Origin: Verrucomicrobiia bacterium
GTDB taxonomy: Bacteria; Verrucomicrobiota; Verrucomicrobiia; Limisphaerales; Pedosphaeraceae
Length of the DNA stretch: 64,000 bases
Assembly: GCA_036268055.1 (NCBI GenBank)
Contig: DATAUW010000002.1
Location: 28,124 to 92,123 of the forward strand
Reading direction: 5' to 3'
The notes under the pieces are model-generated. The model worked only from the letters and a program-made list of their open reading frames with translations, was not told the DNA's origin and searched no databases. Shown piece after piece: positions 7,846 through 18,766 of the stretch (its first letter is position 1; the number at the start of each line of letters is the position of its first letter). Made by a program: the position numbers and the translations under genes.

Positions 7846-10299
7846 ATGGCCAAGCGCTCCCACTCGAAGCCGCAAAAAGAGCCCAAGGCTGTCCCGTCTC
7901 AAAAGCGCGAACCGGCCCAAACGGATCCCGCAAATAACTTGGGACCGCTCGTCGCGGCTTTTCTGCTGACGTTCCTGATCACCAGAATCCCCCGCGAAGT
8001 GGTAAATGCCGGCCTGGATGCCGCCTGGGGTTACGTGCTGAATTTTGCGCATCAAAAGAACCTGCAGTTCGGAACGGACATCGTCTATACCTACGGTCCG
8101 CTGGGTTTTCTCGAGCAGGAATGGTTCGCGGGACCGGGTGAGGGACTGCGAATATTTTTCGCCTTCCTGCGCGGTTTCGGAATCGCCTACGGCGTTTGTC
8201 TCGTTGCCTGGCGAATGAGACTTGCGTGGAGATGTATTTTCCTCGGAGTCTTCATTCTGCTGCCCGCAACCGTTCACGCCAACCGAATCGAGCCTTTATT
8301 GGAAGTGGGCTTATTTTGCTGGGCCATGCTGAACCTGGTTGAACCAGACCAAAACAAAGGCGTATTTGCCATCGGTCTCATCGCCATCGCAACCATTGGC
8401 TCGCTGGGAAAGTTCACGTTCTTCTTGCTCGCGACTATGACCGTCGCGGTCGTCGCTTGGCATCTTGCGTTGCGCGGACGGCGAAAGTGGGGAATTGGCA
8501 TCGTGGTTGGTTACGTTTTGTCCTCGTTCCTTGGATGGATTTTGTTGCGTCAAAGCCCGCTGATATTGGGCGCTTATTTCAAAAACTCGCTGGCACTCTC
8601 GTTTGGTTATGAGGAAACCATGGGATGGAAAACGCCTTCCGAAATCTGGACCCCCGGCATTATCATGATGACGCTCGCGCTGGCGACTGCGCTCATCTAT
8701 TCCATCGCCGCTTATGACAAAACCGTTCGCCGGCCCGGATTACGCCCGACGCTGCTTTTCGGCTGGGTGGCTTGTTTCACGTTTCTGTTTTGGAAACACG
8801 GTTTCATCCGTCACAAAATGGATCTGTTCGCAACGTCCGTGCCAGTGACCGTGCTCGCATTGGACATCCTCCCAAGCCCATTCAAGGCAGCCCGGCTTTG
8901 GGCACGCGGTTGCGCCCTGGTTTGTTGCCTCGCCGCCGGTATTTTAATGACCACGCTGACGCCAGGATATTTTGGAGATTTCGTTTCCACCGATTTTCAT
9001 CTTCTCTCCGACAACATCAAGACACTGTTGAATCCCTCCGCCTACCTCGCCCGCATGAACCAGTCGCTCGACGCAGAACGCAATGGCGCGCAGTTGCCGC
9101 GCATCCGCCAAATCGTCGGTCAGGCTACGGTGGATGTGTTCGGCGAATATCAATCCTACGCGCTCTTCAATGGCCTAAATTACCGCCCGCGCCCCGATTT
9201 CCAAAGCTACTCGACTTATAATTCATCCCTGATGAAGGTGAACGAAAATCTATACAATTCCCCGGCGGCGCCGGAATTTGTATTATTTAATCTTGAAGCG
9301 ATTGATGCCCGTTTTCCTCCGTTGGAAGACGCGTATGTCCTGCGCGATTTGCTCATCAACTACGCGCCGATCGAATGCGAAGGCCGCTTCCTGCTGCTCA
9401 AGCGCAGCCAATCCAACACTCCTGAAATGTCGTTGCTCAAGGAAGGCACCGGCCACATCGGCGAAGCCATTAGTCTGAGCGAGTACAGCAACACCGATCT
9501 CTGGATGGAGATCTCGATGCAGCCAACCTTGCGCGGCCGTCTGCGGAAACTCTTCTTTAAACCGTCGGAAATTTATTTGAGCGTCTGGGGAAGTCAGCCC
9601 GCGTCGCAACCAGCCACATTTCGCGCGCCCGCGCCCATGCTTGCCGCCGGCTTCCTCGCAAGTCCATTTTTGCTCCGCGATTCCGACGTGGTGGATTTAT
9701 ACACGGGTGAAAACATTCACCGTCCCGGAGCCTTCGCGATCGAGGTGGAAAGGCGCGCCGAAAATTTCTGGCGCGAAGATTTCGATTATAAAATTTATCA
9801 AATCAAATCCAAACTCGGGCGCAGCGTTCCGGCAGAAATGGCCCGGTTGAAATTGCCGGGCTTTCAAATGATGCCGCAAATTGTATCTCCCGCCGGTCCG
9901 CCTGGCATCGCCGCCGTCGGCGGCAGCCCTGCGCTTTTGCTGCGCCCCGGTGGCTACATGGTTTTTAAGGTTCCCCAGGACGCACGAACTATTACGGGAA
10001 ATTTCGGATTTGCCGAGCCTGCCTACGTGCAAGGCTCGACCGAGGGTGCCGAGTTTCGGGTTGAAGAAGTTACTAGGGATGGCGCCTCCCATCTACTCTA
10101 TAGTCAATTCCTTTCACCACGAATCCGCGCGGAAGACCGCGGCCTGAAACATTTCTCTGTTCCTCTCCCGGCTCAGAACGATGAAACAATTGTGTTCCGT
10201 TCCATTTCTGCTACCAATTCCAATCCCCAATGGGACCTGACCTGCTGGTCAGAAATCAGATTCGAAACGAACCAGCCTCCGACCGGAACCCAACCATGA
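7846..10299 (+). CDS. Large polytopic membrane protein of unknown function. About 10 TM helices in the N-terminal half and a large C-terminal extracytoplasmic domain. Possibly a GT-C-like glycosyltransferase.
   Basis: 817 aa. Multiple hydrophobic segments at residues ~35-380. No confidently recognised catalytic motif. Confidence 0.55.
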   Translation: MAKRSHSKPQKEPKAVPSQKREPAQTDPANNLGPLVAAFLLTFLITRIPREVVNAGLDAAWGYVLNFAHQKNLQFGTDIVYTYGPLGFLEQEWFAGPGEGLRIFFAFLRGFGIAYGVCLVAWRMRLAWRCIFLGVFILLPATVHANRIEPLLEVGLFCWAMLNLVEPDQNKGVFAIGLIAIATIGSLGKFTFFLLATMTVAVVAWHLALRGRRKWGIGIVVGYVLSSFLGWILLRQSPLILGAYFKNSLALSFGYEETMGWKTPSEIWTPGIIMMTLALATALIYSIAAYDKTVRRPGLRPTLLFGWVACFTFLFWKHGFIRHKMDLFATSVPVTVLALDILPSPFKAARLWARGCALVCCLAAGILMTTLTPGYFGDFVSTDFHLLSDNIKTLLNPSAYLARMNQSLDAERNGAQLPRIRQIVGQATVDVFGEYQSYALFNGLNYRPRPDFQSYSTYNSSLMKVNENLYNSPAAPEFVLFNLEAIDARFPPLEDAYVLRDLLINYAPIECEGRFLLLKRSQSNTPEMSLLKEGTGHIGEAISLSEYSNTDLWMEISMQPTLRGRLRKLFFKPSEIYLSVWGSQPASQPATFRAPAPMLAAGFLASPFLLRDSDVVDLYTGENIHRPGAFAIEVERRAENFWREDFDYKIYQIKSKLGRSVPAEMARLKLPGFQMMPQIVSPAGPPGIAAVGGSPALLLRPGGYMVFKVPQDARTITGNFGFAEPAYVQGSTEGAEFRVEEVTRDGASHLLYSQFLSPRIRAEDRGLKHFSVPLPAQNDETIVFRSISATNSNPQWDLTCWSEIRFETNQPPTGTQP

Positions 10300-10450
10300 C
10301 CTTTCGCCCTTCACTCAGGCCGCACCGCGCCAAACTAAACGATAATGTTTCATACGGTTCTTAGCGCGTAGTGAAGCGGAACTTGGATTGGGGGCGAAGT
10401 GATCCGAGAATATGAGCGCTCGCGGAACGCTCATCTTCCCAATGAGAAGT

Positions 10451-10942
10451 TCATTTTAAATTTTTGTTTTTGGCGCGGGATTCACGGGCCATGCGGGATT
10501 TGAATTTTAAGATGGCGGATTGAAGTTTGAGGTCGGAGGTGGCGAGTATTTTCACCGCGAGAAGACCGGCGTTGCGGCCGTTGCCGATGGCAACGGTGGC
10601 GACGGGAACTCCGGCAGGCATTTGCACAATGGAGAGAAGTGAGTCGAGACCTTTTAATGCCTTGCTTTCGATGGGCACGCCGATGACGGGCAGGGGGGTG
10701 TGACTCGCGACCATTCCTGGCAGATGCGCTGCACCACCGGCTCCGGCGATGATGACCCGCAGGCCGCGCTTGTGCGCGGTGCGGGCATAGCGGGCCATGT
10801 CGTCGGGCGTGCGATGGGCGGAGACGACGCGGGTTTCGTGGGGCACGCCGAATTCGGCGCAGGCATCGGCGGCGGCCTTGAGCGTGGGCCAATCGGAATC
10901 GCTGCCCATGATGATGCCGACGAGTGGTGCGGATTTTTTCAA
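10451..10942 (-). CDS. purE: N5-carboxyaminoimidazole ribonucleotide mutase
   Basis: 163 aa, [40 protein letters not shown]... is a canonical PurE. Confidence 0.95.
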   Translation of the reverse strand: MKKSAPLVGIIMGSDSDWPTLKAAADACAEFGVPHETRVVSAHRTPDDMARYARTAHKRGLRVIIAGAGGAAHLPGMVASHTPLPVIGVPIESKALKGLDSLLSIVQMPAGVPVATVAIGNGRNAGLLAVKILATSDLKLQSAILKFKSRMARESRAKNKNLK

Positions 10943-12156
10943 GAATTGTCTCCGAAGCGGATGAAACCCGCGGCGCGTTGAGCGGTGGCGAGGGCTTCAT
11001 CCATGGTTTGGCCGAGCGCGGTTAAATGCCCCATCTTGCGGCCGGGTGCGCTAAGCGATTTGCCGTAAATGTGCGGATGCGCGCCAGGCACGGCGAGCGC
11101 GTCAGCCAAGCCGTGCGGCGCACCAGAGCCTTTCGATGCGCCAAGAAGATTGACCATCACGGCAGCGGGCGCGCGCATGGCGGTCGAGCCCAGCGGCCAG
11201 CCGAGCACGGCGCGAATGTGATTTTCAAACTGCGAACAAACGCACGCCTCAATGGTGTAATGGCCGGAGTTATGAACGCGCGGCGCGAGTTCGTTGATCA
11301 AAATTTCGCCGGACATCTTGAAAAACATTTCGACGCCCATCGTTCCCACTGTGCCGACGGCTTCGACCGCGCGGCGCGCGAGGTTACCGGCGCGCGTGAC
11401 GAGTTCAGCGGGAATTTGCGCAGGGGCTTTGACGACGTGGCAGATATGATTGCGCTGGATGGTCTCGACCACCGGGTAGCAGGCGATTTCTCCGTTGCGG
11501 CCGCGCGTTATCATCTGGGCAAGCTCGCGCTCAAACGGACAAAACTGTTCGACGAAAAGGGCGTTCTTATCTCCGCCGAGTTGTGACCAGGCGGAATCAA
11601 GATCGGCGGGCGAATGCAGCGTGAAATTTCCTTTGCCATCGTAACCGTTGCGGCGTTTTTTCAGAAGCAACGGCCAGCCTAATTTTTGCGCGGCAGCGAG
11701 CACGGCGGCTTTGTCATCGGCGGGGAGAAATGCGGGGACCGGCAAACCGGCATCGGCGAGGGCTTGTTTTTGCAGGAGCTTGTCCTGCACGAGCCGGATG
11801 GTGCGCGACGTGGGATAAAGCGGATGACCAAACTGTTCGAGGGCCGCTAGGCTATCAGCATCCACGAATTCATTTTCGAGCGTGACGACATCCACGAGCG
11901 AGCCAAGGACGAGCAGAGAATCGGGATTGTCCCAATCGCCGATGACCGTCTCGGCAGCGAGATTTGCGGCGGGGCTATGATCGTTGCGTTCGAGGATGAC
12001 GATGTCGCAGCCGAATTGCGTGGCGGATTGCGCCAGCATCTTCGCGAGTTGGCCGCCGCCGATGATGCCAAGCGTGGACGCGGCTTTGGGTCGCCGCGCC
12101 GGGAGGCGGTCAAGGACAGGTTGAGGCATTGCAATCTCGCGCATGTGATTCAGCAA
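10939..12156 (-). CDS. purK: N5-carboxyaminoimidazole ribonucleotide synthase (ATP-grasp)
   Basis: 405 aa with an ATP-grasp fold. Glycine-rich loop [12 protein letters not shown]. Overlaps purE by 4 nt, giving a purK-purE operon. Confidence 0.9.
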   Translation of the reverse strand: MLNHMREIAMPQPVLDRLPARRPKAASTLGIIGGGQLAKMLAQSATQFGCDIVILERNDHSPAANLAAETVIGDWDNPDSLLVLGSLVDVVTLENEFVDADSLAALEQFGHPLYPTSRTIRLVQDKLLQKQALADAGLPVPAFLPADDKAAVLAAAQKLGWPLLLKKRRNGYDGKGNFTLHSPADLDSAWSQLGGDKNALFVEQFCPFERELAQMITRGRNGEIACYPVVETIQRNHICHVVKAPAQIPAELVTRAGNLARRAVEAVGTVGTMGVEMFFKMSGEILINELAPRVHNSGHYTIEACVCSQFENHIRAVLGWPLGSTAMRAPAAVMVNLLGASKGSGAPHGLADALAVPGAHPHIYGKSLSAPGRKMGHLTALGQTMDEALATAQRAAGFIRFGDNS

Positions 12157-12234
12157 AAATATTCCGCGTCAGGCGGACGAAGATTTGCGGGAAAAGGCGG
12201 AAGTTTCAAGGTTTGAGTTCGTCGGGAGAAAACT

Positions 12235-12272
12235 TTCAGCCACGGATTGAACACGGAAAAAACACCGATTGG
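12235..12272 (+). repeat. Dispersed intergenic repeat, family A (ttcagccacggattgaacacggaaaaaacaccgattgg), upstream of pgsA
   Basis: Near-identical to 12945-12983. The two copies flank pgsA in the same orientation. Confidence 0.5.
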
Positions 12273-12355
12273 AAATTAAACAGGATCGCTCCAATAGTTT
12301 TGCGGGTGAGGAGAAGATTTGACAATCGGCGCGACGGGTCAAGACTAGCTGAGAC

Positions 12356-12943
12356 ATGACGACGGCGAATAAAGTCACGATCGTGCGGATTCTGCTGGTG
12401 CCCGTGTTTATCGTGCAGGTGCTCTATTATTTTAAAAATGGCGATGAGGTGCATCGCTTTGCCGGGCTATTGTGCTTTGCGATTGCGGCGGTCCTTGACG
12501 GGGTGGATGGCTATATCGCGCGGCGCTACAATCAACGAAGTGAGTTGGGCGCGATCCTCGATCCGCTGGGCGACAAATTGCTTTTGGTATCGGGGGTGGT
12601 GTTGCTGAGTTTGCGGAGTTGCACCCTGACGCGGGTTCCGCTTTGGGTCACGGGAACGATCATCAGCCGCGATGTGGTGCTGGTGGCGGGAATGGTGTTG
12701 ATCCAGATGATTTGCGGGAAGGTGATTGTGCGCCCGCGAATGGTGGGCAAGATCGCGACGGTCTTGCAAATGGTGATGGTGTTATGGCGGCTGTTGAAAT
12801 GGAATGATCGCTGGTCGGAATATTTGGCGGCCGCGGCGGCGATTCTGACGGGCGTATCGGGATTATTATATGTGTGGGACGGAATGCGGCAGTTGAGCGC
12901 GAGTCCGAGAAGTCTGCCATCGCCGGAGCAGGGCAAGAAATAA
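12356..12943 (+). CDS. pgsA: CDP-diacylglycerol--glycerol-3-phosphate 3-phosphatidyltransferase (CDP-alcohol phosphatidyltransferase family)
   Basis: 195 aa. The CDP-OH phosphotransferase motif DGVDGYIARRYNQRSELGAILDPLGDK is present. Multiple TM helices. Confidence 0.85.
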   Translation: MTTANKVTIVRILLVPVFIVQVLYYFKNGDEVHRFAGLLCFAIAAVLDGVDGYIARRYNQRSELGAILDPLGDKLLLVSGVVLLSLRSCTLTRVPLWVTGTIISRDVVLVAGMVLIQMICGKVIVRPRMVGKIATVLQMVMVLWRLLKWNDRWSEYLAAAAAILTGVSGLLYVWDGMRQLSASPRSLPSPEQGKK

Positions 12944-12944
12944 T

Positions 12945-12983
12945 TTTCAGCCACGGATGAAACACGGATTAAACACGAATGGG
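12945..12983 (+). repeat. Dispersed intergenic repeat, family A (ttttcagccacggatgaaacacggattaaacacgaatgg), downstream of pgsA
   Basis: Direct-repeat partner of 12235-12272. Confidence 0.5.
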
Positions 12984-13025
12984 AAAAGATTGATGTTAAG
13001 GAGTTGATGGAACAAAATAATTTAT

Positions 13026-13499
13026 ATGGCAAATGAACCGGTTTTGAAATTGAAAGAAGGGGACAAAGCTCCGGCGTTTTCGGCGGCGACGAATGGCGGC
13101 GGAAAAATTTCGCTGGCGGATTTTAAAGGGCAGAACGTCATTTTATACTTCTACCCCAAGGACGATACGCCCGGTTGCACAAAGGAAGCCTGCGCGTTTC
13201 GAGATAACTGGGATGATTTCAAGAAGAAGGGCGCGGTGGTTTTCGGCGTGAGCACGGACCCGGTGAAGTCGCACGATAAATTTGTGAAGAAGTTTGAATT
13301 GCCCTTCACGCTGGTATCCGACGAGGACAAGAAAATCGTGGATGCCTATGGCGTGTGGGGGCCGAAGACTTTCATGGGCAGGAAATATAACGGGACGTAT
13401 CGTGTCACATTTTTGATCGGGCCGGATGGAAAAATAAAAAAAATTTGGCCCGCGGTGAAACCGACGGAGCATGTGGCGGAAGTGTTGGCGGAGCTTTGA
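13026..13499 (+). CDS. bcp: Thiol peroxidase / peroxiredoxin Bcp
   Basis: 157 aa. Peroxidatic Cys motif DDTPGCTKEAC. Bcp-type AhpC/TSA fold. Confidence 0.9.
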   Translation: MANEPVLKLKEGDKAPAFSAATNGGGKISLADFKGQNVILYFYPKDDTPGCTKEACAFRDNWDDFKKKGAVVFGVSTDPVKSHDKFVKKFELPFTLVSDEDKKIVDAYGVWGPKTFMGRKYNGTYRVTFLIGPDGKIKKIWPAVKPTEHVAEVLAEL

Positions 13500-13649
13500 T
13501 CAAAGAATTTCAAGTTTGGAGTTTGAAAATGCGGCGTGTGAACGCGGTTGGTGAAGCGATTTCCGCTACTCGCGGTTTGACACTCCTTTGCCTGGCAATT
13601 ATAACTGCGGCTCGAAGTGGTCAAGTTAACCAAATAACAAAATAATATT

Positions 13650-14129
13650 ATGGCATTATCTGTGGGGACAAAGGCTCCCGATTTTTCTTTGAAATCCAAG
13701 ACAGCGACCGGGCTGGTGGATGTGAAACTCTCGAACAATTTTGGCACCAAAAACACGGTGTTGCTGTTTTTCCCGGCGGCGTTCACGGGTGTTTGCACGA
13801 CAGAGTTGTGCGACATCACCGCGGGTCTGAGTCAATACACGGGGCTGAACGCAAACGTCATCGGCATCAGTGTGGATACTCCGTTTGCGCAGGAAGCGTG
13901 GGCGCAGAAGGAAAAAATCGGCATCACCCTGGTGAGCGATCTAAACAAATCCGTGACGAAAGAATATGATGTGCTGTTCCCGATGCTCGCGGGCGTGGGT
14001 GATACAGCAGCGCGCGCGGCGTTCGTGATTGATAAAAACGGCGTCATCCAATACAGCGAAAAAACCGCGACGCCAAAAGATTTGCCAAATTTCAATGCGG
14101 TGAAGGAAACATTGGCGAAGTTGAATTAA
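13650..14129 (+). CDS. Peroxiredoxin (redoxin / Prx5-like, AhpC-TSA family)
   Basis: 159 aa with FTGVCTTELCD active-site context. Second peroxiredoxin in tandem with bcp. Confidence 0.85.
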   Translation: MALSVGTKAPDFSLKSKTATGLVDVKLSNNFGTKNTVLLFFPAAFTGVCTTELCDITAGLSQYTGLNANVIGISVDTPFAQEAWAQKEKIGITLVSDLNKSVTKEYDVLFPMLAGVGDTAARAAFVIDKNGVIQYSEKTATPKDLPNFNAVKETLAKLN

Positions 14130-14146
14130 CGCGGTTAGGTTTTTCA

Positions 14147-14181
14147 GAAGCGGACGGAGGGCGACTTCCGTCCGCTTTTTC
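14147..14181 (+). terminator. Rho-independent terminator after the peroxiredoxin gene
   Basis: gaagcggacgga / gggcgact / tccgtccgc followed by ttttt. Confidence 0.6.
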
Positions 14182-14296
14182 GTAATCAGGGAAGGTTTTG
14201 TACGCGCGGGCGCATCGCCTTGCTTGACAGGGGGGCGGGCAAACCGCATTTTTCTTGGCGACAATTCGCAGGCCCTGACATGGACCGGATAATTAT

Positions 14297-17131
14297 ATGA
14301 CTAAATTGCATAATTTGTTTAATTCGTTGCAACAATTTGATTTGGGCAATGGGCAGCAGGGATTTTTTTACTCGCTCCCGGCGCTGGAAAAAGCGGGCGT
14401 GGGCGCGATTTCCAAATTGCCGGTGTCCATCCGCATCGTGCTCGAAGCGGTGTTGCGAAATTGCGATGGCAAAAAAGTCGCCGAGAAAAATATTAAGGAA
14501 CTGGCGCAATGGCAGGCCAAAGGCGCGCGCACTGAGGAAATTCCGTTCATCGTGGCGCGAATTGTTTTGCAGGACTTTACGGGCGTGCCGCTCTTGGTGG
14601 ATCTCGCGGCGATGCGTTCGGCGGTGGAGCGCATGGGCAAAAATCCAAAAATCATCGAGCCGCTGGTGCCCGTGGATTTGGTCGTGGATCATTCGGTGCA
14701 GGTGGATTTCGCGGGCACGGCGGATTCCTTGCAACGGAATTTGGACATCGAGTTTCAACGCAACCGCGAGCGTTATCAATTTTTGAAATGGGGCATGCAG
14801 GCGTTTGAGACGTTCAAGGTGGTGCCGCCGGGAATCGGCATTGTGCATCAAGTGAACCTCGAATATCTCGCGCAGGGAGTATTGTCGTCGAAGGATCGCG
14901 TTTATTATCCCGACACGCTCGTCGGCACGGATTCGCACACGACGATGATCAATGGCATCGGCATCGTTGGTTGGGGCGTGGGCGGCATCGAAGCGGAAGC
15001 GGGCATGCTGGGGCAGCCGGTTTATTTTCTGACGCCGGATGTGGTGGGCGTGCATCTGACCGGGGCGTTGCGTGATGGCGTGACGGCGACCGACCTCGCG
15101 CTGACGGTGACGCAACTTTTGCGCAAGGCAAAAGTCGTCGGAAAATTTGTGGAATTTTATGGTCCCGGCGCGGCAGCATTGCCAGTAGTGGATCGCGCGA
15201 CGATTGCGAACATGGCGCCGGAGTATGGCGCGACGATGGGCTTTTTCCCGATTGACGGCGAGTGCGTGAATTATTTGCGCGCGACCGGCCGCACGGAACT
15301 CCAGTGCAAGATGTACGAAAATTATTATCGCGCGCAGGGATTGTTCGGCATCCCGAAAAAGGGCGACATCGAATATTCGACGGACGTGGAACTTGATCTT
15401 TCGGCCGTCGTGCCAAGCGTCGCGGGGCCGAAGCGTCCGCAAGACCGCATCGAATTGCCGAAGATGAAGCAGGAATTTCTCGGCGCGTTTTCCAAGCCGG
15501 TCGCGGAAAATGGATTTGGAAAAAAGCCGGATGATTTGAAGTTGCGCGTGACGGTGGATACCGGCGCACCCATCGGCGAGAAAATTGATCACACCTACGG
15601 ATTGGATACGGCGCAACTTTCCAAGAGCGAATCGGAGATGCGCGACCAGCATCCCGCGCCGGACCCGGCGGAGAGCTTGCCGGCATCGGCCTTTCCGAAA
15701 GTGGAGGCGCATATCGGGCACGGCAGCGTATTGATCGCGGCGATCACGAGTTGCACAAATACGTCGAATCCAAGCGTGATGCTCGCAGCGGGTTTGCTCG
15801 CGAAGAAGGCGGTCGAGCGCGGGTTGCAACCGAACCCGGCGGTGAAGTCCTCGCTCGCGCCGGGCTCGCGCGTGGTGACGGATTATTTGAACAAGACCGG
15901 CTTGCAACCGTATCTCGACCAGCTCGGATTTAATCTGGTTGGTTATGGCTGCACGACGTGTATTGGAAATTCCGGACCCCTGGCTGCGCCGATTGAAGAA
16001 GCAATTATCAAAAATGATTTGGTGGCGGCTTCCGTGCTTTCCGGCAATCGCAATTTTGAGGCGCGCGTGCATCAAAACATCAAGGCAAACTTTTTGATGT
16101 CGCCGCCGCTGGTGGTGGCGTTCGCCTTGGCGGGCCGTGTGGACATTGACTTGAATAGCGAGCCGATTGGCAAAGGCAAAGATGGAAAGGAAGTTTTTCT
16201 CAAGGACATCTGGCCGTCGCTGAAGGAAATTCGCGATGAAATGCAGGCGGCGTTGAAGCCGGAAGTATTCCAGAAATTGTATCGCGATTTCGCGGGACAA
16301 AATCCCAAGTGGAACGAGATTCCGTCAAGCACGGGAAATGTTTACGAGTGGGACACCAAGAGCACTTACATCCAGGAGCCGCCGTTTTTCACGAACTTCA
16401 GTTTGCAGCCCGGCGAGATTCACGAGATCAAGGGCGCTAAGGCATTGGGAATTTTTGGCGACAGCGTGACGACGGATCACATTTCGCCAGCCGGCAGCAT
16501 CAAAAAAACTTCGCCCGCTGGAAAGTATTTGCTGGAGAACGGCGTGGATTACGCGGACTTCAACAGCTACGGATCGCGCCGCGGCAATGACCGCGTCATG
16601 ACTCGCGGGACGTTCGCGAATGTGCGAATTAAAAACCTCATGGTGCCGGGCGTGGAAGGCGGCGTGACCAAGGCGCCGGCGACGGGCGAGGTCATCAGCA
16701 TTTTTGACGCGGCGATGAAATACGCGGCGAACCATGTGCCGTTGATCGTGCTGGCCGGGCAGGAATACGGCACAGGCAGTTCGCGCGATTGGGCGGCGAA
16801 GGGGACGAATCTGCTCGGCGTGAAAGTGGTCATCGCGCAGAGCTTCGAGCGCATCCATCGGTCGAACCTCGTGGGCATGGGGGTATTGCCATTGCAATTC
16901 AAGGAAGGCACGACCGCGCAGACATTGAAGCTGGACGGCACGGAAACTTACGACGTGCTCGGGCTCGACGCGCATTTGAAGCCGCAACAGGACCTCACTG
17001 TGCGCATCACGCGCGCGGATGGTAAAGTGGAAAATATCGTGGCGCGCTGCCGGATTGATACGCCGATTGAGATTGATTACTACCAGCACGGTGGAATTTT
17101 GCCCTATGTGCTGAGGCAGTTGGTGGCCTAG
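14297..17131 (+). CDS. acnA: Aconitate hydratase A
   Basis: 944 aa. Full-length aconitase A family similarity with Fe-S ligating Cys motifs ([18 protein letters not shown]). Confidence 0.95.
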   Translation: MTKLHNLFNSLQQFDLGNGQQGFFYSLPALEKAGVGAISKLPVSIRIVLEAVLRNCDGKKVAEKNIKELAQWQAKGARTEEIPFIVARIVLQDFTGVPLLVDLAAMRSAVERMGKNPKIIEPLVPVDLVVDHSVQVDFAGTADSLQRNLDIEFQRNRERYQFLKWGMQAFETFKVVPPGIGIVHQVNLEYLAQGVLSSKDRVYYPDTLVGTDSHTTMINGIGIVGWGVGGIEAEAGMLGQPVYFLTPDVVGVHLTGALRDGVTATDLALTVTQLLRKAKVVGKFVEFYGPGAAALPVVDRATIANMAPEYGATMGFFPIDGECVNYLRATGRTELQCKMYENYYRAQGLFGIPKKGDIEYSTDVELDLSAVVPSVAGPKRPQDRIELPKMKQEFLGAFSKPVAENGFGKKPDDLKLRVTVDTGAPIGEKIDHTYGLDTAQLSKSESEMRDQHPAPDPAESLPASAFPKVEAHIGHGSVLIAAITSCTNTSNPSVMLAAGLLAKKAVERGLQPNPAVKSSLAPGSRVVTDYLNKTGLQPYLDQLGFNLVGYGCTTCIGNSGPLAAPIEEAIIKNDLVAASVLSGNRNFEARVHQNIKANFLMSPPLVVAFALAGRVDIDLNSEPIGKGKDGKEVFLKDIWPSLKEIRDEMQAALKPEVFQKLYRDFAGQNPKWNEIPSSTGNVYEWDTKSTYIQEPPFFTNFSLQPGEIHEIKGAKALGIFGDSVTTDHISPAGSIKKTSPAGKYLLENGVDYADFNSYGSRRGNDRVMTRGTFANVRIKNLMVPGVEGGVTKAPATGEVISIFDAAMKYAANHVPLIVLAGQEYGTGSSRDWAAKGTNLLGVKVVIAQSFERIHRSNLVGMGVLPLQFKEGTTAQTLKLDGTETYDVLGLDAHLKPQQDLTVRITRADGKVENIVARCRIDTPIEIDYYQHGGILPYVLRQLVA

Positions 17132-17194
17132 TAATTTTCGATTTTCGATTTCGACTCGCGCGCAGTTTTGATGCGCGGGATGACTTGAAAATAT

Positions 17195-18325
17195 ATGAGC
17201 CAAGCCATCCAAATTGCGGAGCGGGTCATTGCGAAGTCGAATCGAGAGCGTCCGGCGGATGGAGTGTTGCGCACGGAGTTAAAAAGCGCGCGAGGGATTT
17301 CGCGAAATGACGGTGCAGCGGCGAGTGAGGCGGTGTTTGCGTATTATCGCTGGCTTGGCTGGCTCAATCCGAACGCCAAGGTGTCGGAACAAATTGTGGA
17401 GGCGGTCGAACGCGACCGCGATTTTCAAAAAAAGTCTGATGAGATTTCCGCGCCCGAATTGCAACGCGCGATTCCCGGTTGGGTGAAGGCCGAGGTAAAA
17501 TATTCCCCGGAATGGCTGCGCGCTTTGCAGTTGCATCCGAAACTTTGGCTGCGCGCGAAATTAGGAACCGGCCGCGCGCTCGCAGAAAAATTGGGCGAAT
17601 GCTGGATCGGCGGCGAGAGATTTCCAACCGACGCGATCAGTTACGAGGGCAGGGAGGACTTGTTTCGCACGGCGGAATTTTATGCAGGCGAATTCGAATT
17701 GCAGGACATCAGTTCGCAAGCCGTCGGGCTTGTGTGCAATCCGCAGCCAAACGAAACATGGTGGGACGCCTGCGCGGGCGAGGGCGGCAAAGCGCTGCAT
17801 CTTTGTGATTTAATGCGGGGCAAGGGACTGCTTTGGGCAAGCGATCGCGCGGACTGGCGCTTGAAGAAATTGAAACGCCGCGCGGCGCGGGCGAAGGCTT
17901 TTAATTATCGAGCGGCGTTGTGGGACGGCGGCGCAAAACTGCCGACGAAAACGAAATTCGACGGAATTTTGGTGGACGCACCGTGCAGCGGACTGGGAAC
18001 GTGGCAGCGAAATCCACAAGCGCGCTGGACGACGACACTCAAGGACGTGCACGAGTTGAGTGCATTGCAGGAACAGTTGGTGGCTAACGCGATCGCAGCG
18101 TTGAAGCCAGGCGGACGTTTGATTTATTCCGTCTGCACGCTGACGGAATCGGAGACTACGCGCGTGGCAGATGCGATCATGAAACGCTTTGCGGAATTGA
18201 AACCGTTAAATTTTTTAAATCCACTCACGCCTGACGAACCAGCGGCGGAGCGTTTATGGCTTTGGCCGCAGACCATCCAGGGCAACGGCATGTTTATTTG
18301 CGGCTGGGAAAAGACGCGTGTCTAA
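17195..18325 (+). CDS. RsmB/NOP2/Sun-family RNA m5C methyltransferase
   Basis: 376 aa. SAM-binding and catalytic motifs are present (DACAGEGGKA, VDAPCSGLGT, YSVCTL). Confidence 0.85.
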   Translation: MSQAIQIAERVIAKSNRERPADGVLRTELKSARGISRNDGAAASEAVFAYYRWLGWLNPNAKVSEQIVEAVERDRDFQKKSDEISAPELQRAIPGWVKAEVKYSPEWLRALQLHPKLWLRAKLGTGRALAEKLGECWIGGERFPTDAISYEGREDLFRTAEFYAGEFELQDISSQAVGLVCNPQPNETWWDACAGEGGKALHLCDLMRGKGLLWASDRADWRLKKLKRRAARAKAFNYRAALWDGGAKLPTKTKFDGILVDAPCSGLGTWQRNPQARWTTTLKDVHELSALQEQLVANAIAALKPGGRLIYSVCTLTESETTRVADAIMKRFAELKPLNFLNPLTPDEPAAERLWLWPQTIQGNGMFICGWEKTRV

Positions 18326-18732
18326 TTTGAACGATAGTAATCGTCTGGATTTAGGACAGTGCTGTCGTCGAAGCGTTTGTTCGGGCCGGCGGACCGGACG
18401 AGGATGCCTTCACCGGCAAAATAGATGCGCAACGGCGTGCCCCACGGGTCAACGAACTGGCCCTTGGAATCGAGATCCTGCTTGCGGCCAACGAGGATGA
18501 TCAGGTTTTTGGAGTTGTTGCCCATGAGCGCCTTGGCGACCTCGGCGTTGTTGCCGACGGGATAGGAACCGACGCGTTCCTTGTATTGTTGCAAGGCGAA
18601 AAAGAGGTTGTCCACGTCTTCGTTAAACTGCGCGGTCCGGGCGTTCACGCGCCAGGTGCTCCAGGACTGAAAGGCCCAGCCGCCCCCGGCTAAAATGCAA
18701 AGAATGGCGACTACTGCGATTGCTTTTTTCAT
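18322..18732 (-). CDS. GspG-like pseudopilin-domain protein. It has a membrane anchor but lacks the canonical prepilin cleavage/methylation motif.
   Basis: 136 aa. The C-terminus VDPWGTPLRIYF...VRSAGPNKRFDD matches the T2SS GspG C-terminal signature (DPWGxPYxY...SxGxDG). Confidence 0.6.
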   Translation of the reverse strand: MKKAIAVVAILCILAGGGWAFQSWSTWRVNARTAQFNEDVDNLFFALQQYKERVGSYPVGNNAEVAKALMGNNSKNLIILVGRKQDLDSKGQFVDPWGTPLRIYFAGEGILVRSAGPNKRFDDSTVLNPDDYYRSN

Positions 18733-18766
18733 ACGGAAACAAAATCAGCATGCGTGATGCCAAGAA

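Noticed and set aside
14186-16300. 704-aa ORF antisense to acnA. Similar long antisense frames occur at 2608-3792, 1382-2350, 26138-26929, 29060-30475, 45098-46066, 31225-32079, 51746-52504 and 62422-63225.
   Set aside because: The opposite strand in each case encodes a protein with clear conserved-family motifs. The high GC content yields long stop-free shadow frames. The translations are Arg/Ala/His-rich nonsense without domains.
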